Assembly: GCA_963797095.1 (NCBI GenBank)
Contig: CAWCNY010000007.1
Span: forward strand, 136,238-200,237
Reading direction: 5' to 3'
DNA: 64,000 bases
Source of the DNA: an uncultured Chloroflexia bacterium
GTDB taxonomy: Bacteria; Chloroflexota; Chloroflexia; QHBQ01; JADMIH01
The translations under genes were made by a program, and so were the position numbers. Under the pieces are notes generated by a model, which saw only the letters and a list, made by a program, of their open reading frames with translations, was not told the origin of the DNA and searched no databases. Below are positions 1 through 10,358 of the stretch, piece after piece; position 1 is the first letter of the stretch, and the number at the start of each line of letters is the position of its first letter.

Positions 1-838
1 GCGTGAACCTCCCTGTGGCCGGGTCATAGATTTCCGCGCTCTTCAACATCACACTTTCGTGCCCACCCTCGAAGCCTCCCGCGATCAGCACCTTCCCGTC
101 GTTGAGCAGTGTGGCTGGAGCTCCGTTGCGCCCCTGGTTGAGGCTACCCACCATCACAAACTTGGCTGTGGCCGGGTCGTAGATTTCGGCGCTATCCATG
201 TTATAATCCCAATCGCCTCCTACTACCAGCACCCTCCCGTCCTTAAGGAGCGTGGCCGTGTGACATGCCCTCTCCCTGTTCAGCGATCCGGTAGGTGCAA
301 ACTCTCCCGTCGCTGGATCGTACAATTCGGCGTTCGCGCTGAAAACCCCATCGCGGATCATCCCACCCGCGATAAGCACCTTCCCGCTCCCAAGCAGAGT
401 CGCGCTGTGGCACGACCTTTCGATAGCCATATCGGGACCGGCCACCACGTTCCCCGCCGTCACATGAGTCTTGTACTTCGCCCTGTACCGGAACGTGCCC
501 AATTGCGACAACAGCACCCTGTATGGTTCGCTGTTCTCGGGGTGCTCCTCGAATACGGCACGCTCAAAGTACTGTACTGTATAGCTCTTCCCGTCGGTGG
601 CCGACACTTCGCTCAACTCCTCCGAAATCGGATAGCCTTGCCTCTCTAAACCGCCGTTCGCCTCCCAGTACTCCAGAAACCTGCCCTCTACCGTCTTCCC
701 CGTCTCGGGAAAGAGTCGGCTTCCCTACTGCGCCATCGCCAGTTGCGGCCCCGCTTCACCGCGCACCAGAGCGAGCGCAAAAGCGCTCAAAAGCACGCTC
801 ACAAGCAGCCTTACCACGCTAAATCGTCCCGGAGTCAT
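1..838 (-). pseudogene. Secreted Kelch-repeat protein with an N-terminal FPETG/YFERA module; in-frame TAG at 725-727; runs off the window start
   Basis: Manual translation from ATG 838 (GGAGG RBS upstream) gives MTPGRFSVVRLLVSVLLSAFALALVRGEAGPQLAMAQ*GSRLFPETGKTVEGRFLEYWEANGGLERQGYPISEE...YFERAVFEEHPEN..., then Kelch repeats (RSCHSATLLGSGKVLIAGG). Absent from the ORF track because of the stop and the window edge. Confidence 0.8.
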
Positions 839-1135
839 AACTTTGCCCTCCCATAGCCCTTGCCATTGTTACCGGACCTACGGTCGTCGCTTATTACCCT
901 TACCCCGCACTCACCTCATTAGTTCCGGTGTCAACGTCGCAACTCTTGCCCTTTTCGGTAGCAAATGAGCATTTATTGGGCAGAAATCGGGCTGGGCATC
1001 GTCGGATACACCGGGTAGACTGACTTTAGCTGCATTGGACAGGTGTGGCGAAGGGATGCTGAGAGCTTGTGGGACGCATTCCTATTTGGGCGCGTTTTGA
1101 GCCCGATACACCAGAGTTTGAGGAGGTGTCATTTT

Positions 1136-1429
1136 ATGTATACGGTGGTCAATCACTTGCACCTGGATGGTCCTATCGAGGCTTTCGTGCCCTCGCTGCA
1201 GTCGGAAGGGCTGCCTTTGCTGTCGTCGATGCCGGGGTTTCGCTCGTTCTACTTCGTGAGGGAAGGGGACGACCGCGCTATTGTGGTGATCATCTGGGAC
1301 AGCCTGGAGGATGCGGTGGCGGGCGGCAAGGAGTTCGGCTCCACATGGTTCGCGCAGAATATAGCTCCGCATCTCGCCGGCGAGCAACAGCGCACGGTGG
1401 GGGAAGTGCTGGCGCATAAGAGTAGATAG
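1136..1429 (+). CDS. ABM (antibiotic biosynthesis monooxygenase)-like dimeric alpha-beta barrel protein
   Basis: AGGAGG RBS before ATG 1136; motif MPGFRSFYFV...VVIIWDSLEDA. Confidence 0.7.
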   Translation: MYTVVNHLHLDGPIEAFVPSLQSEGLPLLSSMPGFRSFYFVREGDDRAIVVIIWDSLEDAVAGGKEFGSTWFAQNIAPHLAGEQQRTVGEVLAHKSR

Positions 1430-1437
1430 GGCGCGGG

Positions 1438-2223
1438 TCAGGTGACGTTGGTCTCGCCAACGTAGATAATACCGCCCTGCTCGAGGGTGTCGTCTTCGCA
1501 GGCGCGCACGATGGCGGCGGCCATATCGTCGATGGTGGGGAGCCAGCCGGCCACGCGGCGGCGCTCCTCCAGCAGGCCGCGGTCGGTGCGCTCCATCAGT
1601 TTGGGGGTGATGGTGCCTTCTACGAGGTCGCCGCTGACACGCACAAAGCGGATGCCGCGCCTGTCAAGCTCAGGGAGGAGGTTGAGGAGAGCCATCTCGC
1701 CTTCGTGTTTGCTGTGGGCCACCGCTTCGTAAACGGCATACTGGGAGACTTTGCCGTAGAAGTGCGCCCAGTGGCTGGTGACATAGACCACGCGCGAGCC
1801 GGGGGGCATAAGGGGTAGGGCGTGCTTAAGGGTCCACACCTGGGCTTCGCGATTCAGGAGGAGGGGGTAGTCGGGGTTCTCGGCAACCATCTCGCGCTCA
1901 AGGCCGCCCGAAGCGTTGAGTACGAGTATGTCGAGCCTCTCGAACTCTTCCTTTACGCGCTCCATCATGGCCTCCACCTCTTTTTCGACGGTGATATCGG
2001 CTTGAATAAGGAGGGCACGCACCTCGTGGGCTTCGATGGCAAGCACCACTTCCTCGGCGCGAGACGATTTGCTGCGATAAGTTACCACCATATCAGCGCC
2101 ATGCTCGGCCATCAGGATGGCGGTGGCCGCGCCGATGCCCCTGGACGAGCCGGTTACGAGGGCGACCTTGCCGTGCAGGGGCTTATCTACCTGCGTTTCT
2201 TCTTGCGCGTGCGTCTCATCCAT
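1438..2223 (-). CDS. SDR family oxidoreductase with a divergent Y-x6-K active site
   Basis: Rossmann motif VTGSSRGIG, LDILVLNASGG, YEAVAHSK; overlaps the upstream gene by 8 nt. Confidence 0.9.
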   Translation of the reverse strand: MDETHAQEETQVDKPLHGKVALVTGSSRGIGAATAILMAEHGADMVVTYRSKSSRAEEVVLAIEAHEVRALLIQADITVEKEVEAMMERVKEEFERLDILVLNASGGLEREMVAENPDYPLLLNREAQVWTLKHALPLMPPGSRVVYVTSHWAHFYGKVSQYAVYEAVAHSKHEGEMALLNLLPELDRRGIRFVRVSGDLVEGTITPKLMERTDRGLLEERRRVAGWLPTIDDMAAAIVRACEDDTLEQGGIIYVGETNVT

Positions 2224-3325
2224 CTTTGAGGGCCTTTAGCTCGGTCACTACGCGGCTGAGGAAGTCGTCGGCGTTGCGCACGATGCCGAACGCCTGGTGG
2301 GTGCCCCGGTCTACCAGTTTCTGGATCACCATCTCCTCCTGGTCAACCACGATTGTATAGACCGGCTCCATCTTGCCGTTGCGCTCTATGTAGGTTGGCA
2401 TCATGTTGCCTGTGGCGATGGAGTGGAGCATGGTGGCAAGCATGACGACCAGGGTAGCGCCCGGCGTGAAGAAGCGCATCTTGTCCTGGGCCTCCAGCAC
2501 GTCGGTAATCACGCCAGGCAGGGGGCCATCGTCGCGGATGGAGCCTGCCAGGATGAAGGGCACCCCGTAGGTGACCAGCGCGTGCATGATACCGTCGGGG
2601 ATGATGCCCGACTGGACCGCGCCAGCGATGCTCCCCGCGCGGCGCACGGTGTTGATGGCGTCCATGTGGTGGCGATGCCCTCCTATCACGGTGTGCCCTT
2701 CGAGGTCCATGCCGAGAGCGGTACCGTAGAGGGCGAGCTCAAGGTCGTGCACAGCCACGGCGTTGCCGCCGAACACCGCGCCCACGTAGCCGTTCTCGAT
2801 CAGCCAGGCCATGTGGTCGCGCCCGCCCGCGTGCACGACAGCGGGGCCAAGCACCCAGATGCTGCGCCCGTTGCGGCGCTTGTCCCATTCGAGTAGCTCG
2901 GCCAGGCGTCGGTAGTTGATGGGTCGCTCGCGCGATGCGCCGCTAGCCATGAAGGTGAAGGCCTCGCCCGTGGAGGTGGTGGTGCCGAAGCCGTTGTGAT
3001 GCACCAGCAGGCCGGTATTGCCGTCCTCCTGGGTGCCTGTAACGACCGATTGCCCGGCGCGCACCTTACGCATCTCGGTGCAGACGAACTCCTGGGCTTT
3101 GTCATCCCAGATGAGAAGGGCATCCATCCTGGGCTTCCTGGCGAGCAGCCATTTGCCGCCACGCTTGACATAGGTGGGGAAGTTGGTGGAGGAGTAGAAG
3201 GCGGTGGGTGCAAGGCCATCCGCGCTGGCAAGTTCGACGGCAGCGTCGGGCGCATCGGCCAGATGAGGCTGGCTGAAGTCGGGTGGGGTGTAGGTCAGGT
3301 CAAAATCGTATTTGCGTTGCGACAA
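2216..3325 (-). CDS. TIGR00300 / LOR-SDH conserved-region protein (ornithine cyclodeaminase-like, ArgZ C-terminal type)
   Basis: Motifs FYSSTNFPT, RMDA, GPAVVHAG, GGNAVAVHDLE, LAGSIRDDGPLP, TMLHSIATGNM, KLVDRGT. Confidence 0.85.
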   Translation of the reverse strand: MSQRKYDFDLTYTPPDFSQPHLADAPDAAVELASADGLAPTAFYSSTNFPTYVKRGGKWLLARKPRMDALLIWDDKAQEFVCTEMRKVRAGQSVVTGTQEDGNTGLLVHHNGFGTTTSTGEAFTFMASGASRERPINYRRLAELLEWDKRRNGRSIWVLGPAVVHAGGRDHMAWLIENGYVGAVFGGNAVAVHDLELALYGTALGMDLEGHTVIGGHRHHMDAINTVRRAGSIAGAVQSGIIPDGIMHALVTYGVPFILAGSIRDDGPLPGVITDVLEAQDKMRFFTPGATLVVMLATMLHSIATGNMMPTYIERNGKMEPVYTIVVDQEEMVIQKLVDRGTHQAFGIVRNADDFLSRVVTELKALKDG

Positions 3326-3347
3326 AGCTGGCTCCAGGCGTGGTTAG

Positions 3348-3620
3348 TTATGAACTAGCAGAGATTAAAGGTTCCATGCGCTTTATCTGGCTCAAGCGCG
3401 TAGCGAAAACCAAGACCGCAGGAAGGTCATCGCGCTCCAAATCCTCATAGTCGGCCAGGATGTCGTCAGTGCTCATTCCTGAACTAAGCAACTCAAGCAA
3501 TACCTCAACAGGATAGCGAAGCCCACGAATGCAAGGCTTGCCGTGGCAAATATCAGGATCAATTGTTATGCGATCTAGTAATGACAATTTTATCTGCCTT
3601 TCGTAAGCAACAGAGGCCAC
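3348..3620 (-). CDS. DUF433 domain protein (antitoxin-like), no partner toxin
   Basis: RITIDPDICHGKPCIRGLRYPVEVLLELLSSGMSTDDILADYEDLE; more AT-rich than its neighbours. Confidence 0.9.
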   Translation of the reverse strand: MASVAYERQIKLSLLDRITIDPDICHGKPCIRGLRYPVEVLLELLSSGMSTDDILADYEDLERDDLPAVLVFATRLSQIKRMEPLISASS

Positions 3621-3648
3621 TCTGCATTTATATCACAATCCCTGCACG

Positions 3649-5313
3649 TTACTCCTGCATCGGCACGCGAATGCCGAACCGCTGTGCGGCCTCCAGGGCT
3701 TCGTCGTAGCCCGCGTCGGCGTGGCGGATTATGCCCATGCCGGGGTCGGTGGTCAGCACGCGTTGCAGGCGGGCGTCGGCGGCTTCGGTGCCGTCTGCCA
3801 CTATCACCTGGCCCGCGTGGATGCTGTAGCCGATGCCCACCCCTCCCCCGTGGTGGACCGATACCCAGGTCGCGCCGCCGACCGCGTTGATCAGCGCGTT
3901 CAGGATCGGCCAGTCAGCGATGGCGTCGCTGCCGTCCTTCATCGACTCGGTCTCGCGGTTGGGCGAGGCCACGCTCCCCGCGTCGAGGTGGTCGCGGCCT
4001 ATGACTATGGGCGCGCTCAGTTCGCCGTCGCGCACCATCTTGTTGACCACAGCGCCGAAGTGGGCGCGCTCGCCGTAGCCGAGCCAGCAGATGCGGGCGG
4101 GCAGGCCCTGGAACTTGACGCGCTCGCGAGCCAACTTGATCCAGCGCACCACGGATTGGTTGTCCGCGAACTCGCGCAGCACCATATCATCGATCCTGTA
4201 GATATCCTCCGGGTCGCCTGAGAGGGCGGCCCACCTGAAAGGCCCCTTCCCCTCGCAGAAAAGGGGACGGATGTAGGCGGGCACGAAGCCGGGGAAATCG
4301 AAGGCGTTGGTCACGCCCTGCCCGTAGGCTTGCTGGCGGATGTTGTTGCCATAGTCGAACACCACCGCGCCCATCTTTTGCAGGTCGAGCATGGCGCGCA
4401 CGTGCAACGCCATCGAAGCGAGCGATTTACGCACGTACTCGTCGGGGTCGCTGGCGCGCAACGCGGCCGCCTGCTCCACGTCGTAGCCTGTGGGCACGTA
4501 GCCGTTGAGGGGGTCGTGCGCCGAGGTCTGGTCGGTGACGAGGTCGGGCACCCTGCCGCGCCGCACCATTTCGGGGTAGATGTCGGCGGCGTTGCCCAGC
4601 AAACCGATGGATAGGGGCTTGCGCTCTTTGATGGCGGCATCCGCCAGCGCGAGGGCTTCATCGAGCGTTTCGGCTGAGGTATCGAGATAGCGGGTATCGA
4701 GCCTGCGCCGGATGTGGGTGGGGTCAACCTCCACGCAGAGAGCCACCCCGCCGTTCATCGTGACGGCGAGCGGTTGGGCACCACCCATCCCACCCAAACC
4801 TGCGGTCAGAATGAGCTTGCCCGCAAGGTCGGCCTCGAGACCGTAGTGCTTGCGAGCGGCCTGCGCGAAAGTCTCGTATGTGCCCTGGAGGATGCCCTGC
4901 GTGCCGATGTATATCCAGCTACCGGCGGTCATCTGGCCGTACATGATCAGGCCCTCGGCCTCCAGTTTGGAAAAGACTTCGCGGGTGGCCCAGTGGGGCA
5001 CGAGGTTGGAGTTGGCGATCAGTACGCGTGGCGCGTCGGGGTGGGTCTTGAAGACGCCCGCGGGCTTGCCGCTCTGCACCAGCAGGGTCTCGTCGTTTTC
5101 AAGCTCGCGCAGGCATGCTATGATCTTGTGGAAGGCGGGCCAGTTGCGGGCCGCTTTGCCTCGGCCACCGTACACAACAAGGTCCTGCGGACGCTCGGCC
5201 ACTTCGGGGTCGAGGTTGTTCATCAGCATCCGCATGGCCGCTTCCTGAAGCCACCCCTTCGCGCTAAGTTGGGTGCCGCGTGGGGCGCGAATTGTTTGTT
5301 CAAGAGTCTTCAT
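3649..5313 (-). CDS. hutU: Urocanate hydratase
   Basis: [64 protein letters not shown]; 554 aa. Confidence 0.98.
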   Translation of the reverse strand: MKTLEQTIRAPRGTQLSAKGWLQEAAMRMLMNNLDPEVAERPQDLVVYGGRGKAARNWPAFHKIIACLRELENDETLLVQSGKPAGVFKTHPDAPRVLIANSNLVPHWATREVFSKLEAEGLIMYGQMTAGSWIYIGTQGILQGTYETFAQAARKHYGLEADLAGKLILTAGLGGMGGAQPLAVTMNGGVALCVEVDPTHIRRRLDTRYLDTSAETLDEALALADAAIKERKPLSIGLLGNAADIYPEMVRRGRVPDLVTDQTSAHDPLNGYVPTGYDVEQAAALRASDPDEYVRKSLASMALHVRAMLDLQKMGAVVFDYGNNIRQQAYGQGVTNAFDFPGFVPAYIRPLFCEGKGPFRWAALSGDPEDIYRIDDMVLREFADNQSVVRWIKLARERVKFQGLPARICWLGYGERAHFGAVVNKMVRDGELSAPIVIGRDHLDAGSVASPNRETESMKDGSDAIADWPILNALINAVGGATWVSVHHGGGVGIGYSIHAGQVIVADGTEAADARLQRVLTTDPGMGIIRHADAGYDEALEAAQRFGIRVPMQE

Positions 5314-6365
5314 TGACTTGCTCTCCTGACGTTCTGTACTTCACACTCGTACTGCGAAGAAGCTTGCTTGACGCTATAACCTACCAATTCGTAGAGGTGA
5401 TTGGCCCCCGTCGCGCTGCTAGCGTCTACGTTCAAGTATACGTCTTCCACCCCGGCCTCGCGCAACGATTGGAGCGACCGCAGCAAAAGATTGCGAGCAA
5501 GACCCCTGCCACGCCACTCGCGCAGCGTGCCCACATAGGTTATTAGGGCATCGGCTGCACCTGTCTCTTTGTTCTTGACAGCCCCCACATCTACGATGCA
5601 GACCGACACTATCTGCCTGGTATTATCACCCTCGGCGACCCACGAAAGCTCAGGGCGGAGGGTATCGACGTTATCCCAGTGCTGCCACTCTTGCGCGAAC
5701 ACATCTTTATTGAAGTCGTAATGGTCGGCGAAGGAAGCAAGAGCCGCCTGCCGCACGCCTGCATTGTCGTCGGGCTTTCTGTATGTATGGAAGCTCACCC
5801 CCTCCACAGCGGCGGGCTCAAGGATCGGGTCAGACGTGGTGCGGTGCATCCAGTACCAGCGGCGCTCCTCCTGCATGCCAAGCCACCGCCAGAGGGCGAT
5901 CCCGTTGGTGCTGGAATCAAATGTATAGGCTCGCACCAGCACGCGCCGCCCTGGGAGCACCACTCCTTCCTCGCGCTTCCGCTCTTCTTCGGAATCGACT
6001 ATCGCCAGCAACTCGCGAGCCGTGTCGCGCTCCGTCAGGCTGTCACGCAGGGAGGGGTGCACCCGGAAGGCAAGCTCGTAGACGCACTCGTTCGTTTCCG
6101 TATTTTCGATGGGGAAGGCGCGGCCCGTGCCGAGCAGCGCGCCCGTGGGCAAGCCTTCAGGGAGTGGCCCATCCACCACGACCACATGGCGCTGCGGGTC
6201 GCGGCCCGGCTGGTTGTACATCCGCTCATAATCCGCCTCCGTCATCTGCCAATCGTCGGTGGTGGCGCTGACGGCATTGGCCAGGGCTACCAGGGCGGGG
6301 ATATCGCCCTGTCGGTAGAGCCGTATCGACCATTCGGCATCGTGCTGCGCTTCGTTACCTGCCAT
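5310..6365 (-). CDS. Tandem-domain GNAT N-acetyltransferase (MshD-like architecture)
   Basis: C-terminal [13 protein letters not shown]...[20 protein letters not shown]; stop overlaps the hutU start (ATGA); start is ATG 6365 or TTG 6374. Confidence 0.88.
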   Translation of the reverse strand: MAGNEAQHDAEWSIRLYRQGDIPALVALANAVSATTDDWQMTEADYERMYNQPGRDPQRHVVVVDGPLPEGLPTGALLGTGRAFPIENTETNECVYELAFRVHPSLRDSLTERDTARELLAIVDSEEERKREEGVVLPGRRVLVRAYTFDSSTNGIALWRWLGMQEERRWYWMHRTTSDPILEPAAVEGVSFHTYRKPDDNAGVRQAALASFADHYDFNKDVFAQEWQHWDNVDTLRPELSWVAEGDNTRQIVSVCIVDVGAVKNKETGAADALITYVGTLREWRGRGLARNLLLRSLQSLREAGVEDVYLNVDASSATGANHLYELVGYSVKQASSQYECEVQNVRRASQ

Positions 6366-6394
6366 ATGTGCCAACCTCTTATATAATCACAGCC

Positions 6395-7408
6395 TTATGC
6401 CGTCAATTCATCGAGCGGCGCTCTGTAGTTCAGCCACACATCGTGCACTCCGAACCCAACCAACTCGTACAGCCTGTTCGCGCCTGTGAGGCTGCCGGTG
6501 TCCACGCCGAGCGCGCCTGTGTCGAACCCTGCCTCTTTGAATGTTTGGAGCGCCCTCGCTATCAGACCGCGCGCTACGCCCTTGCCGCGCCAATCCCTGA
6601 CCGTGCCGAGCAGTTCGATCCACGCCCAGTTGCGCCCAAGCTGCTCGTTCTCGCTGGCGTATACCGATGCCAGGCAGAAGCCCGCCAGCCTGCCGCCCTC
6701 GCCATCTATCTCGGCCACCCACGACATATCGAGACGCATTACCTGGCGCTCCAGGCGGTGCTGCCACGCTTCGACGCTGCTGGCGTGCGACCCGAAATGG
6801 TCGCGAAACGAGTCGTTGTACGCCTCGCGGCTTGGCTCGTCGTCGCGCACAGGCTCGAACTTCCTGAAGAGCACTCTCTCAACATGCTTCGGCTCTTCGA
6901 TGCTATCAAGCGGGCGCGACATCATATAGAAGCGGCGCTCTTCTCGCAGTCCCAGGCTCTCGTAAAACTCCTGCCGCCACACGCTTCTCGGAGAAAGGAA
7001 GTCTCTCACCTCCACCTCGCTCGCCGCCGCTCGATCGGGGTCGCTCTCGATGCTCCGTATGATCTCGATTAGCTTGCGGGCGATTGTGCGCGGCAATTCC
7101 GTCGCCCGCATTGCCGGATCGACGTCCATGCTCAGCGAATAGGTGCGACTGTTGTCGTCGGGGTTGTCGCGCATATGCACCGAGCCGAACCCTATAATGG
7201 CTTCTTCGGCCGGATCTTCGGCATTCAGACCTTCGACAACTAATGCCTGCCGTTCCACGTCGAAGCCGGGGCCGCTGACCATGCCCTCGACATCTTCTTC
7301 GCCGTACGCAATTTCAACGCTATCGGCCTCGAAGCCCGCGTTGAAAATAGCGGCAACCCCGTCAAGATCGCCCTCACGGTATGGGCGCATATGCCACCCG
7401 GACTCCAT
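6395..7408 (-). CDS. Tandem-domain GNAT N-acetyltransferase
   Basis: LGTVRDWRGKGVA...LGVDTGSLTGANRLYELVGF; paralog of the flanking genes. Confidence 0.9.
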   Translation of the reverse strand: MESGWHMRPYREGDLDGVAAIFNAGFEADSVEIAYGEEDVEGMVSGPGFDVERQALVVEGLNAEDPAEEAIIGFGSVHMRDNPDDNSRTYSLSMDVDPAMRATELPRTIARKLIEIIRSIESDPDRAAASEVEVRDFLSPRSVWRQEFYESLGLREERRFYMMSRPLDSIEEPKHVERVLFRKFEPVRDDEPSREAYNDSFRDHFGSHASSVEAWQHRLERQVMRLDMSWVAEIDGEGGRLAGFCLASVYASENEQLGRNWAWIELLGTVRDWRGKGVARGLIARALQTFKEAGFDTGALGVDTGSLTGANRLYELVGFGVHDVWLNYRAPLDELTA

Positions 7409-8469
7409 CAGAGTTTCACGCTCTCAAGGGGCGCTTCATATGCGAACTCGCGCACGCGGATGCGGAAGCCAACCAATTCGTAGAGGCGGTTCGCACCTGT
7501 GGGACTGGTCGAGTCGACGCCGAGGAGGGCGGTGTCCATGCCCGCATTCTTGAGGGAGAGGAGGCCGTGCAATATGAGGGCTCGGCCCAGGCCAACCCGC
7601 CGCCAGTTGCGGGTGGTGCCCAGGAGATCGATCCAGGCCTCCTTTACACCTCGTAGCTCGTTATCTTCAACATCGACGCTGTTTATGCAGAAACCGGCAA
7701 AGGTGCCCGGCTCGGCATCCACTTCGGCCAGCACAGAGAGGTCGGGGCGAGTGGTCCCTTGCGAAGACCAGTGCTCCCAATCCTCGCTATCGATCGGGTG
7801 GTGGTCCCAGTGGTCGGAGAAGGAGTCGTTGAAAGCGATGCGCGCCCCCTCGCTGTCTTGCGGGTAATTGAAGGGGTGGATGGTCACGCCATCCACCAAT
7901 GGAGGCTCGTCGATGGGGTCGTGCAGGGGGCGCGCCATCGTCCAGAACTGCCGCACCTCGCGCAAACCCATTTCATGGAACAGGGCGCGCTTGTACGATA
8001 TCGGCTCAAGGGTGCCTGCCTTGATGAGGCGCTTGTCCATAGGTTTCATGGTGGGGTCGCTCTCATAGCCGCGCACGATCTCCATCAGCTTGCGTACCAG
8101 AATACGCTCAAGGCCAAGCCCCTCGGCACCCTTATGCACCGCGAAGTTCAGGTAGTACATACGCTCGCCGGTGTCCTCGTCTTCCTCGTATCGGAGGCTG
8201 GCATGGCCCAGGTGCATATTGTGGGGCACACCCGGGATGTGCGGGCCATCGACCACCAGGCGCTGCCGGGCAGGGTCGGAGCGTGGAGAGGTAAGGTACG
8301 ATCTCAGTATCGACTCGCTAAGCGATTGCTCTATCCTATAGGCATTGTAGACCGAATTGTAGAGGGCGACCACAGCCGGCACATCGCTATCGGCGAACGG
8401 CCTTATATGCCAGTCGATATTGTTGTCTGTGCCTTCGGTGGGGGTATCCTGGATCGAAACGTCGGACAA
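7408..8469 (-). CDS. Tandem-domain GNAT N-acetyltransferase
   Basis: LGTTRNWRRVGLG...LGVDSTSPTGANRLYELVGF; TGATG coupling to the next gene. Confidence 0.9.
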   Translation of the reverse strand: MSDVSIQDTPTEGTDNNIDWHIRPFADSDVPAVVALYNSVYNAYRIEQSLSESILRSYLTSPRSDPARQRLVVDGPHIPGVPHNMHLGHASLRYEEDEDTGERMYYLNFAVHKGAEGLGLERILVRKLMEIVRGYESDPTMKPMDKRLIKAGTLEPISYKRALFHEMGLREVRQFWTMARPLHDPIDEPPLVDGVTIHPFNYPQDSEGARIAFNDSFSDHWDHHPIDSEDWEHWSSQGTTRPDLSVLAEVDAEPGTFAGFCINSVDVEDNELRGVKEAWIDLLGTTRNWRRVGLGRALILHGLLSLKNAGMDTALLGVDSTSPTGANRLYELVGFRIRVREFAYEAPLESVKL

Positions 8470-8581
8470 GGGAACACCTCTGCTCAGTTGTATTCGTTAA
8501 AGGACTGTATAATAGGCATGATAGGCATACCGGCACTGGTCCAACCGACATTGTATCATATCGTTCTCAGGGGTAACAATC

Positions 8582-10132
8582 GTGCGTGCTCTTTTGCGCC
8601 TTGCGCTTTCATTATTCGCTGTAACTCTAATACTCCTCGATTTCGGCCTCCCCATCAGCGGTCAGGTGGTGGATTTCCAGGGTCACACGGCCCTGGCCCA
8701 AACACATACGCTGCAACCGGCAGCCGCACAGCCCTACACGGGCGACCCGCTTGAGCCGAGGCCCGCGCCCATTACGCCCGCGCCTTACACAAGGTATTAC
8801 ACCGAGACGGGGCACTACCTTGGCGGCGAGTTCCTCGACTACTACAACGCCAACCCGAAGGCCGCCGAACTGTTCGGCCTGCCCATAAGCGAGGAGTTCC
8901 CACAGCAGTTCAACAACGGCGCTATCTTCTATGTGCAATATTTCGAGCGTGCGCGCCTGGAGTGGCATGAGGATCTGCCCGAAGGACAACGCGTGCAGTT
9001 GGGGAGCCTATCACGCGAGGTGCTGGGCAGCAAGACCTTCGAGCGGATGCCCGCCGGTGAGAGCAGCGACAACAGCATTTATTTGCCCGAGACGGGGCAC
9101 ACGGTATCGAACGGGTTCCTCAATTACTGGCGAGATAACGGTGGGCTTGCGGTGTTCGGCTACCCGATCAGCGAGGAAACCGTCGAGGATGGGCTGAACG
9201 TCCAGTGGTTCGAGCGCGCGCGGTTCGAGTTCTACAAGGCGTTCGACGGCACGGCCTACGGCGTGCAACTATCGCCGCTGGGGTACCTGGCGCTGAAGGC
9301 GAGCAACTTCAACCTGCCTATGGGCACGCTGGTGCGCTTCAACCCGCCCCGCGTGGCCGAGGGCCATACCACCACTCTCACGGTGGGCGCAACTTCGGGA
9401 GTAAGCGTTACGGGCACGTACGAGGGGCGCGAATTGCTCTTCCAGCAAGACTCGGCGCGAGGGATCGCGTGGGCCTTGATCGGTACGGAGCCGTTCGAGG
9501 ATACAGGGGCGCACCCGGTTACGATCAACCTCCAGAACGGGGATGGAGGCAAAAGGACAGTGACGCGCAACCTGGCAACGGATCCCTACCCTTACCCCAG
9601 CGAATCGCTGCAATTCGACCCCGCGACGGCCGCCCTGCTCGACCCATCTATCACCACGCCGGAGAGCGATCTCCTTGATCAGATTTTCTCGAAGCGCACG
9701 CCCACGCAATACTGGCAGGGAACGTTCCGGATGCCGCTGGATGGGCCTATCCGTATCACGTCCTATTTCGCCACGCGCCGGTGCTACAACTGCCCGGATG
9801 GCTCTGCGCCCACCACCTACCACGGTGGTATGGATATGGCCGCCGTTGAAGGGACTGAGGTACACGCGCCGGCAGATGGGGTGGTGGTGTTCGCGGGCAA
9901 GCTGCAAGTGCGAGGCAACGCGATCATTATCGACCACGGCATGGGGGTATTCTCGCTCTTCGCGCACAACTCGCGATTAATCGCTACTGTGGGGCAGATG
10001 GTCAAGAAAGGGGATGTTATTTCCCTCTCAGGAAATACGGGCCTATCGAACGGCCCGCACCTGCACTGGGAGCTACACGTCAGCGGCCCCCCGGTCGAGC
10101 CTCGGGAATGGGTGGCGCGAGCCCTCCCCTGA
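8582..10132 (+). CDS. Secreted M23 family metallopeptidase with two N-terminal ETG/YFERA modules
   Basis: Signal peptide; Zn motifs HGGMD (HxxxD) and GPHLH (HxH); two ETGH...FG(L/Y)PISEE...FERAR repeats. Confidence 0.92.
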   Translation: MRALLRLALSLFAVTLILLDFGLPISGQVVDFQGHTALAQTHTLQPAAAQPYTGDPLEPRPAPITPAPYTRYYTETGHYLGGEFLDYYNANPKAAELFGLPISEEFPQQFNNGAIFYVQYFERARLEWHEDLPEGQRVQLGSLSREVLGSKTFERMPAGESSDNSIYLPETGHTVSNGFLNYWRDNGGLAVFGYPISEETVEDGLNVQWFERARFEFYKAFDGTAYGVQLSPLGYLALKASNFNLPMGTLVRFNPPRVAEGHTTTLTVGATSGVSVTGTYEGRELLFQQDSARGIAWALIGTEPFEDTGAHPVTINLQNGDGGKRTVTRNLATDPYPYPSESLQFDPATAALLDPSITTPESDLLDQIFSKRTPTQYWQGTFRMPLDGPIRITSYFATRRCYNCPDGSAPTTYHGGMDMAAVEGTEVHAPADGVVVFAGKLQVRGNAIIIDHGMGVFSLFAHNSRLIATVGQMVKKGDVISLSGNTGLSNGPHLHWELHVSGPPVEPREWVARALP

Positions 10133-10263
10133 TCTACAATATACGCCGCCAGCCTCTCCCACACTGAGTCTCCTGTGCGCCTATATCCTCTTAATAGTGG
10201 TCCGCGACATCCTGAGCATAGCGCCTTGGAAGTAAGCGTATACATCAACTTCCCCCTGTGCCC

Positions 10264-10292
10264 TGTCATCCTTCACTTCGTTCAGGATGACA
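10264..10292. repeat. REP-like palindrome TGTCATCCT-N11-AGGATGACA
   Basis: Perfect 9-bp inverted repeat between convergent genes; related half-site GACATCCTGAGC near 10206. Confidence 0.6.
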
Positions 10293-10311
10293 ACCTCTTT
10301 GCAGAAACGCC

Positions 10312-10358
10312 GCACTCGGCACTCGGCACTCGGCACTCGGCACTCGGCACTCGGCACT
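10312..10358. repeat. Heptamer tandem repeat (GCACTCG)x6.7
   Basis: Read directly from the sequence. Confidence 0.95.

Noticed and set aside
725-727. Genome-wide TAG recoding or pyrrolysine
   Set aside because: Many genes here end properly in TAG (e.g. 1429, 13272, 21054, 23937), and no pyl genes are seen
59-822. Plus-strand ORFs 59..649 and 523..822
   Set aside because: Antisense shadows of the minus-strand Kelch gene
7759-8754. Long antisense or alternate-frame ORFs (e.g. 7759..8754, 54254..55168, 47679..48443, 59382..60158)
   Set aside because: They overlap well-supported genes, carry no recognisable motifs and are expected at high GC
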